Source: the human T2T-CHM13v2.0 reference genome, Homo sapiens
Assembly (NCBI RefSeq): GCF_009914755.1
Contig: NC_060934.1
Length of the DNA stretch: 64,000 nucleotides
Strand: one strand, 5' to 3'
Positions 42,830 through 60,533 of this stretch are shown here, piece after piece. The translations under genes were made by a program, and so were the position numbers. Position 1 is the stretch's first letter. Each line of letters begins with the position of its first letter. The notes under the pieces are model-generated. The model was not told the DNA's origin. It made no database searches and saw nothing but the letters and a program-made list of their open reading frames with translations.

Positions 42830-43660
42830 AATACACTTGCAATCGGATCCAGTGACCGATGTCATTACTGAAATGATTCAACCCCTTGAATGAGATATTT
42901 GGAAATTGAATAAGAAGTAAGAACCATCAGGTTTACAGGGATAATATATTCAAGGCTCATGAGAATTTAGTACTGCACAGGAATTCTGGTCAGCCAACAC
43001 ATATTTGCAAACATGCATAGAGTTTCTATTTTAAGTTAGTTGTTGACTTCTAGCAATAGCAGCCCCCAAACTGCCTACGTAAGATAACTGGAAGGAATTA
43101 TTTGCCCCAAAACAATTTCTAGGTCCACACTGTTATGCGAGCCGCAGCGAGATACACACATGGAAGCTCTATGTGATTTTTGGCTCTTAAGAAGTTAACA
43201 TGCTAAAGAGACAAAGCTAACATATACAAAGCACTTTCATTACTGCAGTGAGTATAATATGGATTCAGAATGGGGAAAGACTTCTGTGAGGTAAAGCAAC
43301 TGGAAGAAGCCTGGGGAGGAGGTAGATCTTGACCTGAACCTGGACCTTGAAGGATAAGATTTAAATTTCAGTGAAGAGAACTGAAAAGAGCCCTCTAATG
43401 GGGGGGCGGGGGGAGGGGAGCTTCACTAGGAAATCAGGAAGCTAGGGAAGAAAATATGTGCATGTTTCTGTGTGTATTCGAAGGGGGCTTCCTGGTTTGT
43501 GAAGGACAGTAAGTATTCAGATCCATACGTAGATCAGTAGTATGTTACAGTAGCATAGAAGCCATTTGGAACATTTAGATTGTAGTGTGAACTTCTGAAC
43601 CACTGAGTGTTGTGGATGAACAGAATGAGACAGCAAAAGTGGTATTTGTTAAACACTTTT

Positions 43661-45564
<1,904 letters not shown>

Positions 45565-46055
45565 CACTGGTGCTCTGGTAAATGTTTAACAGCTGGTTCT
45601 CAAAAAAAAAAAAAAAAAAAAGCAGAAAGAATGCTTCACAAGTTTATTTTACTAACATAAAAATGTGTAGTAAAACATTTACAAATACTAATGAGATAAG
45701 CAATATCCTTGTAGTAAATTCCATGTAGCCAACTGATTCTCAGAGAATGCTTTTGTTAATTTTCCCAACTTTCATGTCCGTAAGCAAACCACTGTTACAA
45801 CTGACAGATGAATATAGTTCCAACGTGAATGTTGGTTGATATTTTCCTTTATGTTAATGAGGAAGACAAAAGTGAAACAACACATACGAATGTCAAAACC
45901 TCCCTCCTTGCTTAATGATATGAGTGACTTTTTTGCTGAATTGGATACTAGTTTCTGAATACTGGAAGAATATTTCCTCAGCTGTTTGTGTTCTTCACAA
46001 TGGAACAGCCACAGCTCACTTATAAATGTAATCTACATTTTCAACATTTCTGAAA
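45565..46055 (-). mobile_element. Second MER63 copy (right half), inverted relative to the first
   Basis: CACTGGTGCTCTGGTAAATGTTTAACAGCTGG is the reverse complement of the 42797-42829 end. Internal homology includes AAATTCCATGTAGCCAACTGATTCTCA vs TGAGAATCAATTGGCTGCATGGAATTT. Confidence 0.75.
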
Positions 46056-47555
46056 CTTTGCCTTCCCTATCACAGGTACATAGTTTTATCCGATTAGCAA
46101 GTTAGAGCAGTTTCTTCCCACTGCCCCCTTAAACAGTCTGTCCGGGAGAAAGTTCTCTGGAGCTGGAGGAGAAGTTGGCAGGACGCCTACAGAGTAGCCA
46201 TGGGTACCCCCAGAGAGGAAGGGAATTGGTGCCACACAGTCTTCGGAGTGTGGAGGTGGACACTGGGTAGTGTATCATTTGTGGATGTCACAAGCCTCTA
46301 CTCAGACTTGTTCTAATGTTTTAAAGGGCATTTTGATTTTATGTTGCTTGCATTCTTCATCCTGTTTGTGAGTTATTTCATGAAAGGGTAATTGTATTTT
46401 GATTTGAGGGAAATAATGACTTTTTTCTTTCACACGGGTATAAATATCTAAGAAAAGCTCTTAGCTTTCTGTCAGCTTTTTTATGTGATTATTTACCTCA
46501 GTATCTTAAGTGATGTTTTTGTTAAGGTTAAGAAAGAAAAAGGCAGGGGAAAATTAGAGAAGTTATGAAAGTACTATTAGCTTTCTAAATTCATTGGGAA
46601 GAAACTCTCTTGATTTTCAGCTATATCACACCCCAGGGTTCTTTTCAACATTTCTGATTTTTTTTTTTTTTTTTTCTGCTAACCTTAGGGATTTCTCAGA
46701 AACTTTGCCAGCTGAATTATCTGGGGGAGGTAGGAGTAGGGGAGAGTGGAATTTGAGGATTTATGGAGTTGACAGCTTACAAAGAGGTTTAAACGGCCTC
46801 AGTAGAATATTAACATTTGGGCTCTGTTTTGTTACAAATAGGGACATGAAATCATATTGCTTCCTCTTATATCCCATAGTAAAAGAACTATGGGATGTAG
46901 TTCAAAATATATAATCAAAATAACGATTGGCCTGGCTGTTAAGAATCACTGTCTTTTCCCAGAGAATTTTTGTGATAGAATATAAGATCCTCCTCTTTAT
47001 TCTAAAGCCACTGGTCTGCAGGTCATCAAAGAAGTGAGTGATGTTACAAGCAATTGCCAGTAATATTGTATCATTTGGACTTGGATTCTGGTTCTGTTCC
47101 TGAATTGTATGTTTAGTTTTTCTTCCTGGCGCTTGATCCTTTAGAACCTCCTGGATGATACAATCGTTTATGTCAGCTAGGCTACAATTATGATCATTAG
47201 CAGGGGTTGTTCTTGCATCTATACTTAACTGTTTTTTCACTAGTTCCGGATCTTACTGATTAGGTACTTTCTGAACTGGGAGGCAGAAAAATGTCATTGA
47301 TTGGCAAGTTCGTATCTGTGTCATGTTGAAAATTGTCTTAGATTATTAACTAAGTTCAGTCTTTTTGTGTGTTCTGCCTGTCAATATATCTACTGTTAAT
47401 GAGAACTTATTTTAGGATTGCAGTGAGTTTAATGTGTATAACATGCTTAGAACCGTGGCCGGGACATATTCACATGCTTAGCACATGTTAGCAGCTATGA
47501 ATTATTTTAATGTCAACATTATCATCATCAGATTTCACTGGTACATTATAGGCTC

Positions 47556-47594
47556 TGTGTGTGTGTGTGTGTGTGCGCGCGCGCGCGTGCATGT
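47556..47594. repeat. (TG)10(CG)6 alternating purine-pyrimidine tract
   Basis: Read directly from the sequence. Confidence 0.95.
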
Positions 47595-47741
47595 CACTGA
47601 ATGTACGTGTGAGTGTGCGTGTGTGCATATGAACATGTGAATGTATCCTCCTCCATTACTGCTGGCCTCTTCAGCGTCTTCTGGGCTCTATTCATATGTC
47701 ATCTTGTCGAGGCCTTTCTAGAACACCTTATTGAAAAGTGT

Positions 47742-48179
<438 letters not shown>

Positions 48180-48731
48180 TCAGTCCATTCCAGATTGGGG
48201 GAGAATAGTAGGGACCCATATTCCAACATCGCCAGTTCCTGAAGTCAAGTCTGAGATAGGGCTGTCCACTGGGCACTGGCCGGGTTTCACCTCCTCCATT
48301 CCTACCTCATGTCTTTGCTGTTGATAAAGAACCTTAGACGCCCTCCATTTGCCCTCCATTTGAGAATGAAGTGAGGGAACAGGATACGGTTCATCTGCCC
48401 ATTGTGTTGTATTCCACTTTTCCGCCGGGGCATTATGGCTGCACTTTATTTTACTCATTTAGTTTGTTTTCTTCCTCTACTAGAATGTAATCCATGAGAA
48501 GAGATATTTTTGTCAATTTTATTCACTGTTTCATTCCTAGCACTTATAATGGTGTACAGTGCCTAGTAGGCACTTAGTAAATGTTGGACAAATGGCCGTT
48601 TCCCAGATAACTTATTATTTCATAATGATTATTACGCATCCTTGGTTCATGCCTCTCAATCCATCTCATCCTAAATATGGCTACTAATGGCAGTTACATA
48701 TGTTGAAATTCACCTTTTGAAATTCTAGTTT

Positions 48732-49191
<460 letters not shown>

Positions 49192-49527
49192 CTACACTTT
49201 TAGTGCACACATTTTATATGTATTATTTTATGAGTGTATTTGTACATTTTATGGAATTATTTCGAGATACTTCCCCTCATGTACTACTTGGTTGTCCAGA
49301 GGTGTAGTTCATATAGAAAAAAACAAAAAGGATAAATGCTTGATTTCTTTTATACATTGTTTTCAACTTAACAGAATGACTCATTGTCACCTACAAAAGG
49401 TACCAATTAAATTTTTATATCATTCTGAACTTACTGATTTAAACATTTTTAGTGGGTTTTAATCCATCTCAATTATTGTCCATATTGGAGTCCAGTTGCC
49501 CAGTCTTTAGCTAACAGGAGCCTTTTC

Positions 49528-50144
<617 letters not shown>

Positions 50145-50329
50145 AACAGGAGCCTTTTCATCTTTGCATCTATTCCTTTTGACTAGATCCTAGTGATTGT
50201 TGATATAGGTTCCTTGTTATCTGATGGGACAAGTCAGGTTCATCTTGTATATGTCATGACTGAGACGTGAAATCAGCCATTTCTCAAAAAAGTCCATAAA
50301 AAATGATTATATAATTCTGTACTGATTTT

Positions 50330-52349
50330 TTTTTTCATTTTAGCACTTTACAGATATTTTTCCACCGTCTCATAACCTCCATTGTTTCTGATAAGAAGTC
50401 AGACGTCATTTGTCTTACTGTTCCATGGATCTCATGTGCTGTTTTTCTGTTGCTGCTTTCAGGCCTTCCTGTTTATGTTTGGCTTTCACCAATTTAACTA
50501 GGATGTGCCTAGGTGTGGTTTTCTTTCTTTTTTTTTCTCAATGCTTGGGAGTTACTGAACTTCTTTAATGTGTATTTATGTCTTTTTCCAAACTGGAAAG
50601 TTTTTAGCTATTTATTTCTTTGAATATTTTTTCCCTATCATCTCCTTCTGAGACTCCAATTAAACTTGTGTTAGACCTTTTGATATTGTTCCATAGAGTC
50701 ACTGATGTTCTGCTCATTTTTTTCAGTCTTTATTCTGTCCGTTCTTCCAATTTGATAATTTATGTTGATCTATTTTCAGGGTCACTGAGCTTTCTGCTAC
50801 ACATGCAGTTAAGTTTGAATTTCAGATATAATATTTTTCAGTTGTAGAGTTACCATCTGGTTTGTTTTTAGAGTTCCATTTCTCTCCTGAGATTGCCAGT
50901 GAATATATTTTCCTTTATGTTCTTGAACATAGTAATAATAGCTTCTTGGGCTCCTCTTAGTGATGGTCTCATTTGATTGCCTTTCTCTTCAGTATGGATC
51001 AAAGTTTTCTGTTTTTTCACATGTCTAATAATTTTGGATTATGTTCTTGACATTGTGAGTGTAGTTTGTAGAGAAGGTGGATTCTGCTGTTTTCCTGATG
51101 TTTGTTTTTTGTTTCAGCAGGAAGTTACCTTAGCTCAACTCAAACTCCAAGCTGTTTTTCCTATGATGGGCAGCAGCAGAAATCTCTTTAGGTTTTGATT
51201 TGTGTGTGTATATGTGTCTGTTTTCTGGACTATTATCTTTATTTTTTTCTACCTTAATTGAGGCATAATTTATGTTCAGTAAACTGTACATGTTTATAAC
51301 ATTTTTAAGTTTTGACATATGTATATACTTGTGAAAGCATTGTCACAGTCAAAATTATGAAGATATCCATCACCCTGAAAAGTTACCTTAAGCCTTTTGC
51401 AATCCATATCTCCTCTTCCCTCCTCCCCAGGGGGATCCCCAGGCAACCACTGACCTATTTACTGTCATTGTAGATTATTTTGCATTTTTCTAGAATTTTA
51501 TATAAGTGAAATCATGGTATGTACTGTTTTTTGGTCTGGCCTTTTTTCACCAATATAATTATTTTGAGATTCATCCAAAATTCTGGATATTTTGCAAATA
51601 TCCATAAGTTACTCCTTTTTATTGCTGAGTATTGTTCCATTACGTGTATATGCCACAATTTCTTTACCCATTCAGCTGTTAATTGACATTGGGATTTTTT
51701 ACTGTCTTGGACTATTTCAAATAAAGTTGATATGAACATTTATGCTTTCATTTATCTTGGATAAATACCCAGGAATGGAATGGCTGTGAACAATAAGCTA
51801 TGCTTTATCTCTGACCTAGGAGTCTGATGTCTTCTGTGAAAATCCAGGAAACTGTGGTGGACTAACTTCTTGGAAGTAGGACAGCATTTCAGACCCTTTA
51901 TGATTCTTGACACTGAGTCCTTTGCATTTTCATATAAAATTTCAAATCAATGTATCATCTACAAGAAAGACTGCAGGGTTTTGTACTGGGACTGCATGGA
52001 ACCCATAGACCAATTTGGAGAGAGTTGAGATCTTCACAATATTGAATTTTCTGATTAAAGAATATAAGGCTGGGCATGACAGGTCACACCTGTAATCCCA
52101 GCACTTTGGGAGGCTGAGGCAGGCAGGTCACCTGAGTTCAGGAGTTTGAGATCAGCCTGGCCAGGATGGTGAAACCCCGTCTCTACTGAAAATACAAAAT
52201 TAGCTGGGTGTGGTGGTGCACACCTGTTATCCCAGCTTCTCAGGAGGCTAAGGAAGGAGAATAGCTTGAACCTCAGAGGCGGAGGTTGCAGCGAGCTGAG
52301 ATCGCCCCACTGCACTCCAGCCTGATGACCAGAGCAAAACTCTGTCTAA

Positions 52350-52401
<52 letters not shown>

Positions 52402-53712
52402 TATATATACACACACATATATATACACACACACATATATATATACACATATATATATACACACACATATATATATACACATATATATATACACATATAT
52501 ATATACACATATATATATACACATATATATATACACACATGGCACATGTCTCCATTTTTTAAAGATCTTTAATTTTTCTCAGTGATGTTTTATAGTTTTC
52601 AGTGCATCTCTTATACATAATTTATAAACTTTATCCGTAAATATTTCATATTTTCAATGTTTTACATGGCATACATAGTTTTTTTCTTTAACAATAGACT
52701 TAATATTTTTAAGAACAGTTTTAGATTCATAGCAAAATTGAGCAGAAAGTACAGAGTTCCTAAATTCATCCTGCTCCTTCATCCCCTTATCCTTCCCCAC
52801 TGTCAGTATCCTAAGCCAGTGTGGTAGGTACACTGATGAACCTGCCTTGACACATTATTATTACCAGAGTCTGTAGTTTTCCTTAGGTTCACTCTTGGTG
52901 TTGTACATTCTCTGTGTTTTGACAAATGTGTAATGACAAATACCTGCCATTATAACATCATACAGAGTAGTTTCACTGCCTTAGAATTTTTCTGTGTTCT
53001 ACCTATTCTTCCCTCCCTTACCCCAACCTGTGGCAACTACTGATCATTTTATTGTCTCCATAGTTTTACTTTTTTCAGAAATTAATTGACAGATATCATC
53101 ATTATATGTTATTACTGTGTACAACATGGCATTTTGAAGTATATAGGCACTGTGGAATGGTTAACTCTAACAAATGCATTGTGTCACATAGTTAACTCTT
53201 TGTGGTAAGGGCACTTAACATCCACTCTCTACATTTTAAAAAAATACTACAGTATATTATTCTTAACTGTAGTCACATTGCTATACAACAGATCTCTTGA
53301 AATGTGTTCCTCCTATCTAAGCGTAATAATGTGTCCTTCATGTACAGGTTTCTGTGTAGACTCGTGTTTTCATTTTTCTTGGGTAAATGTCCAGGAGTAG
53401 AATGGTGGGGTTATACGGCTTGTTTGTCTTTTTATTATTCAGCTGTGAAAGTTCTTTACCTGTCCTGGTCATCAGTTTTTTATCATCTATTTGTTTTCCA
53501 AATATTTCCTCTCAGCCTGTGGTTTGCTTTTTCATTTTATTAACATTATCTTTCAAGAAGTAAATGTTTCAGTTTTAAGGAAATATAGTTTATCTTTTTT
53601 TTTTCCTTTTTATGTTTTGTACTCTTTGTGCCCTAAGAAATCTTTGCCTAGCCTAAGATCACAAAGGTTTTTGTCCTGTGTTATCTTCTAGAAGTTTTAT
53701 AGTTTTAGGTTT
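50330..53712 (-). mobile_element. Patchwork of old antisense L1M fragments with a + strand Alu (52068-52367)
   Basis: Multiple L1 3'-end and ORF2 antisense motifs (CCCAGGCAACCACTGACC, TTTTAGATTCATAGCAAAATTGAGCAGAAAGTACAGAG). Confidence 0.6.
52347..52540. repeat. Compound (A)n(TA)n(CA/TA)n microsatellite grown from an Alu tail
   Basis: Read directly from the sequence. Confidence 0.95.
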
Positions 53713-53956
53713 TGGGTGGCTGGGGTGGGTGGCTGGGAGAATGAATGTCAAAGGATCCCTGCACCATTTGTTGAATTCCATTGCTATGGGAGAAGCTTGG
53801 TAGAAATGCCGGTGGATTTGTGGATAGAGTGATGGGTTGAGGAGGGAGTCCTCACCAGTGGTGACTCATGGGAAGCTTCAGAGGGAAGTGAGTGGGGCCT
53901 GGGGGTCAGGAGCTTCAGGAGTGGAGAGGGCAGGGAATAGTGGTTCAGAAAGTAGG

Positions 53957-54492
<536 letters not shown>

Positions 54493-55747
54493 TTAGTAAA
54501 TGTGCTTCTCTTGAATGGACAGTACTTGAGCTGAGGTCAAACCTCGAACAGCAGCAGAGGATAGACACTGACAAGGACTCTCCCGTCACCTCCCCTATCC
54601 ATTTCCTTCCTTTCTGCTCCTTCTAGCTGCTCCGTTTTATGTCTCTTGCATCTTGTCAGCGTTGATTTATGCAGAGAAAAGCAACTATGACCATACTTCA
54701 TCCTCCCCATCGTGTGTAACAGACTGGAGCATGTGGTGCACCATGTTCGGCACCTTGACTTTCGTTTTACCCAATAGCATATCCTGTAGCTCTTTCCTGT
54801 TGGTGGGAAAGAATATTTGAGAGTCATCTTAGTGATGGATAAAGGAAACACTTAATAGCAGTTTTTTCTGGATCGTAAAGTAATTTCTGAAACTCTCCTG
54901 TGTTTTCTAAGTTCCTCCAGTATGCATATGTTCCTTTTATCATTAGCAAATGGAATGAAATTCCCTTCTTTCAGCACATGTCCACTCTGTGCCGTCACTC
55001 TTCCAGGCACGGGGGATGGAGCAGTCAATAAATAGGCAGGCTCTGCTTCCATGGTGCTCGCATTCTCATGTGGGCTAATCATCCAAATAAGAAGATGAGA
55101 GATGAGGCTGAGTGCAATGCACAAGAGAATGAACGTAGGGGCCTGTGATGGTGGCTGACCACGGAATTTCAGGGCAGGCCTTCTCTGAGAAGGGAGCACT
55201 TAAGCTGATAGCTCAGTGATGAGAGCCAGTCATCGTGACCAGCAAAGAAGAGTGTGCTAGACAGAGAAGAGTGAGCGCAAAACCTCTGAAGTGAGAGTCA
55301 ACTTGATGTTTTCAAGAAACAGCAATAAGGCCAACATGCCTAGAATCTACTGAGGGAGCGTGGCGTAAGATGAAGCAGAGGTCAGTGCTTATCTGGTAAT
55401 CAGGGAGAAGAATGAGGATTTTGTTTTAACTGCAATGGGAAACCATTGAAGAGTTTTAAGTTATTAGAAAGGAGAGCTATAGAAAAAGCCAAAGTTGCCA
55501 GGTGGAAAAAGACCCTAGAAAGCCCAATTAGAGGCGAGTGTTAGGAAAACCCTGCAGTGTTGGACGCATCAGGTTAAATAAAGCTTAGGTTGAAAACAAA
55601 GAGAAGTGGTTTATTAATTTGTTTTTATGGTGCGCTCTAAAAAGTAATCTCCCTGAAATGGGAACTCCAAATTTAAAAGATAAATTTTAGATCAATGTGC
55701 AATTTAAATTCCAAACTGAGGAAAGCAGTTTTTAAAGATATGATTTC

Positions 55748-56072
<325 letters not shown>

Positions 56073-56520
56073 GATGTGATTTTTAAGTATGCATTTTAAA
56101 ATTATTTTGTATTTTAGAGGAAGAAATTAGTATTTAGTCATTTGTTTCTTCTAGAATTTTAATGCTGATGCTGAGATTTTAGGAAACCTAGTGTTTAAAT
56201 TACAGCTCGCAAATATTTCCTGATTCATTTAAAAATTACACCCTGGCTCTGAAATTAGCCCATTTGTGTTTGTTTTGCCTTTAGGAGATCCACAGTGTAG
56301 TTCTGGAGGGTGTGTAGAATATAAGGAAGGGGCACCCTCATTCTGTCTGATGTCTGAATATGGAGGAGACAGGTACTCACTCATCCTGTATGGTATTTCA
56401 ATATTGTGGAGACAGGATGGCTACTGGCAGTTTTTGATAAGGAGGATAGTTTGCGCAGCTTTGAATAGGAAGCAAGATTAATGTCTTTGTTAGCCAAAAT
56501 GAACAGTTAGATTTTTATTA

Positions 56521-56944
56521 CAAAGTTGACCCTTGAACAATATGGGAGTTGGGGGCACAGACCCCTGTGCAGAAATTCATGTGTAACTTTTGACTCCCCC
56601 AAAACTTTACTAATAGCTTACTGTTGACTGTAAGCCTTACCAATAATGTAAACGGTCGATTAACACGTATTTCGTATATTATATGTACTATGTACTGTAT
56701 TCTTACAATAAATTAAGTTAGAGAAAAGAAAATATTATTAAGAAAATCATAAGGAAGAGAAAATGTATTTCCTGGTCATTGAGTGGAAGTGGGTCACCAT
56801 AAAGTTGTTGATCCTTGTCATCTTCATGTTGAGTAGGCTGGTTGGGGGGTTGGTCTTGCTGTCTCAGGGGTGGCAGAGGTGGGAGAAAATCCACATATAA
56901 GGGGGCATGTGTAGTTCAAAGCCATGTTGTTCAAGGGTCAACTG
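56521..56944 (+). mobile_element. Tigger2a/MER28, full length
   Basis: TA|CA(AA)GTTGACCCTTGAACAA...TTGTTCAAGGGTCAACTG|TA: terminal inverted repeats with TA target duplication. Confidence 0.88.
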
Positions 56945-57033
56945 TATTGTTTGACAAGCGAGATGTTCTGAAATAAGAATAATAGAAAGTCATCATCCAA
57001 CAAAAGTAATGACAAGAAGAAGAACAAGAACAG

Positions 57034-57308
57034 CAAGCTCTGGTGACCATTCAGGAGTGGAGGCAGTGTGACATAGTGGTCCAGCTCTGGTGATTCAGGA
57101 GTGGAGGCAGTGTGACATAGTGTCAAGCTCTAGTAACCATTCAGGAGTGGAGGTGGTGTGACATTAGCGGTCAAGTCTAGTGACCATCAGGAGTGGAGGC
57201 AGTGTGACATAGCAGCCAAGCTCTAGTGACCATCAGGAGTGGAGGTGGTGTGACATAGCGGCCAAGTTCTAGTGACCATCAGGAGTGGAGGCAGTGTGAC
57301 ATAGTGGC
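57034..57308 (+). repeat. Minisatellite, 6 units of 43-48 bp
   Basis: Consensus CAAGCTCTAGTGACCATCAGGAGTGGAGGCAGTGTGACATAGTGGC. Units start at 57034, 57081, 57124, 57172, 57217 and 57263. Confidence 0.95.
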
Positions 57309-57750
57309 TAATCCATGTGCCTTGTAGGCACACAATCTTGGATTCACATCCTGGAGCAGCCTGTTAGTAGCCATGTTCTATTGGGTGGGTTACTTAAACA
57401 TTCCAAATCTCATTTCCTCTTATGGAAAATATAGATCATAAATAGTACCCACATAACAGGGTAGTAGTGAAGATGAAGTGATCATCTATATAAAGATCCT
57501 AGTGCCATGTCTTTTGGCACCTAGAAAGTACCAAGTAAACAAGAACAGTAATACATTTAATATAATAATTATGATTTTGTTATCTGTTTTACTTATAAGG
57601 CAAGTATTCACATCACCATTTTTCAGATGAAAAACATACTTAGAGAACTCTAAATTTCCTAAGATCACAGAGCTAGGAAATGCAGTGGCAGGGTTTAAAC
57701 TTATGAAGGTCTGACTCCAGAATTTATGCTTTTAATCATAACTCCATATT
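57288..57750. mobile_element. MIR (+, ~57288-57535) and MIR (-, ~57590-57750), tail to tail
   Basis: GAGGCAGTGTGACATAGTGG head, GGATTCACATCC B-box remnant, and TTACTTAA...CTCATTTCCTC...AATAGTACC core. The reverse copy has CCATTTTTCAGATGA...AAGATCACAGAGCTAG...TCTGACTCCAGA. Confidence 0.7.
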
Positions 57751-58017
57751 TTTTTCTAGCAAGGTCCTTCCAAGATTGGATCATTGGATTCATAATTAAT
57801 TCAGAGTGTAAAACAATACATCGTAGAACAATTCCCTATTTTGCTTGTTAATCTAAAGATTTCACATTATATTCTACTTATTTTAAAAATAAAAAATATT
57901 CTAGAAGATAGTAACTTTAGAAAAATTTTAAAATGTAGATAAAAAATGTTTACAGATAAGATAAAAGAAAGATGTCACATATAATCCCATGAAGAATAAT
58001 CCTTCCTGACTTCTACC

Positions 58018-58103
58018 GTGTGTGTGTGTGTCTGTGTGTGTGTGTCTGTGTGTGTGTGGAGTGGAGGCAGGAGTGTAGAGACGCACACACACATACACAC
58101 ACA
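58018..58103. repeat. (TG)n tract followed by a (CA)n tract
   Basis: Read directly from the sequence. Confidence 0.9.
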
Positions 58104-60206
58104 TAAATACATACGTACATAGATGTTGATTTCTTTTTCCAAAATGAGATCACACCATATATTCTGTGCTCTGATTTGGGTTTTCTCCCCAGCTTATTTT
58201 ATTGTGAAGGTCTTTCCATGTCTGTTAACTTATCCTCATGGGAGCATAGTGTTGCATTACCTGTGTGTGCCATCATGAATTTACATAGTTCCCTGTTGTG
58301 ACATTTAGATTGTGTAGAATTTTTCACTATTTTAACAGTGCTTTTATTAACATTCTTAATCACACACATCCATTTGCGTTTTCTCATAATTTCCTTAAGA
58401 GAAATTCCTGGAAGAACTGCTGTGTTGATTGTCACCTTTTTAAGCTTTTGATACATATTTCAGTTGCCCTCCAGAAAGGCTGTCCCAGCATGCACCCCTG
58501 CAGCAGCACGGACTGCCTCCTTCCCTGTGCCTGCATCTGCAGTGCATATTATCCTTTTTGATCTTTGGCAGACTGGTGAAAAATAGTTCTGTCTTGCATG
58601 CCTTTGATTACCAATGAATATATTTATGTTTATAAACTATTTGTACTTTTTCCATTATAAATTGCTCTTTAAAAATTCTTTGCCTCTTTTATCACGCCTG
58701 ACCCCTGGGTTTTGGTTGGCCCAGAGATTACTGAACTACTTTCGACCCCAAGTTTTGCATATTTAAATTTATTTTTAGGGATTTCAGGTGAGCATCTTTA
58801 AAAAAATTAGATAATTAGGAGAAATGAAAACGGCTTGTATTAGTATACAAATAGTAATGTAGGTATTGGCATAAAACAAAACTTGCTTTAAGGACTCGCT
58901 CTAAAGACATGTCTTTCCCATTACATTACTGAATAGAGGTTTAACTTTGAACTCATTCTTATGAGTAGGGAATCATAAAACTCTGATCCCAAGTCCATCA
59001 TTCCTTCTTCTTTGAGCATGAAATTCTCATCAGTCATTGGTTGTACTTTGGAACTACTGTATATTAGAAACCAATTCTCACTTTTCCGGGAGTATATTGT
59101 TTAAAAAACAAATTCAGATCCATCAGGATATGTTCTCTCCATTTTTACTTATAGTTAATTCTCTGCTGCTTTCCTAATTACTTTTGTTTCTTTTCTTCCA
59201 GTGGTCGGTTAGAATATAATTTATTTACGTGAGTGTTGCCTGATGGAAGATACTTTCTGGTGGTTCATTATAAAATACATTTTTTAATGTAAACTTCATT
59301 TTTCTATTGATTTCCATTGTACAATTGGAAACTGTAACTGTTAGTGAAAAATGGCGGTCTGTTGTTGAAGAGTTAGGATGGTAACTTGTTAAACTTCTAC
59401 AGACTCCTGACTTGAGTTTTTAGGCCTTAACGAGCGGCAGAACTCGACACGCTTCTGAGTTCGCCTTCCTTCACTTCTTCTCTAAGTCCTTTCCTTGAGT
59501 GTCTTAACACTCATGCCTGCCCCCACTTAACATTTTTCCCTGACAGTCTCCTGCTGGGGCCATTTTGTTCTTGATCCCTTCTTCTGCCCTGCCACCCCCA
59601 CTCCATATTTAAGATGCTAAAAGAATGTATTCTAAGCCTTACCTTTCTTGAAGCTCAGAGTTTCTTGTAATATGAAAAAAAATTGTTTCCTATAAAGCTA
59701 TTAAGTTCTTATATTGCTTTCAGAAGTATAATTTTCATGACTTAGATTGTATGTATCTGTGATAGAAATTATTTTTGTATAAGGAAAGACAACGGAAAAT
59801 TTTTAGTCTAGACATAACAGTTTATTTTTGCTAGAAATTAAAAATAGTAATACACTGTAGTCAGTCGTTTAATATACTTGTTCTTAAACTTTATTAGTTC
59901 ACTTAAAAGTTTCCTATCATACAATATAAAATTCAAAGATTTTAAAATACATGTAGCTGGAAGTCTTGTTATTTCTTGTAAATCAGACTTGCATATGTGG
60001 TAGAATTTCTACTTCAAACAAAGGAAATATTAGTAATGATGGCTATTTCATTATTGAGATCTGTGTGCTAAGCATATATTAATTGTTCCTAAAACCAGAT
60101 ATTCTTACAGAAATATTTATTGGATTAAAGAAATATTTACTGGTTAAAATAAATAAATTGATAGTAAATTTTCTCTGAATCTAAATTGATGACAAATAAC
60201 TGCTGC

Positions 60207-60533
<327 letters not shown>

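Noticed and set aside
52248-52585. Tyr/Ile/His/Cys-rich ORFs
   Set aside because: Translations of the (TA/CA)n microsatellite.
57034-57308. CRISPR-like array
   Set aside because: Units are head-to-tail with no unique spacers, there are no cas genes, and the context is eukaryotic. It is a minisatellite.
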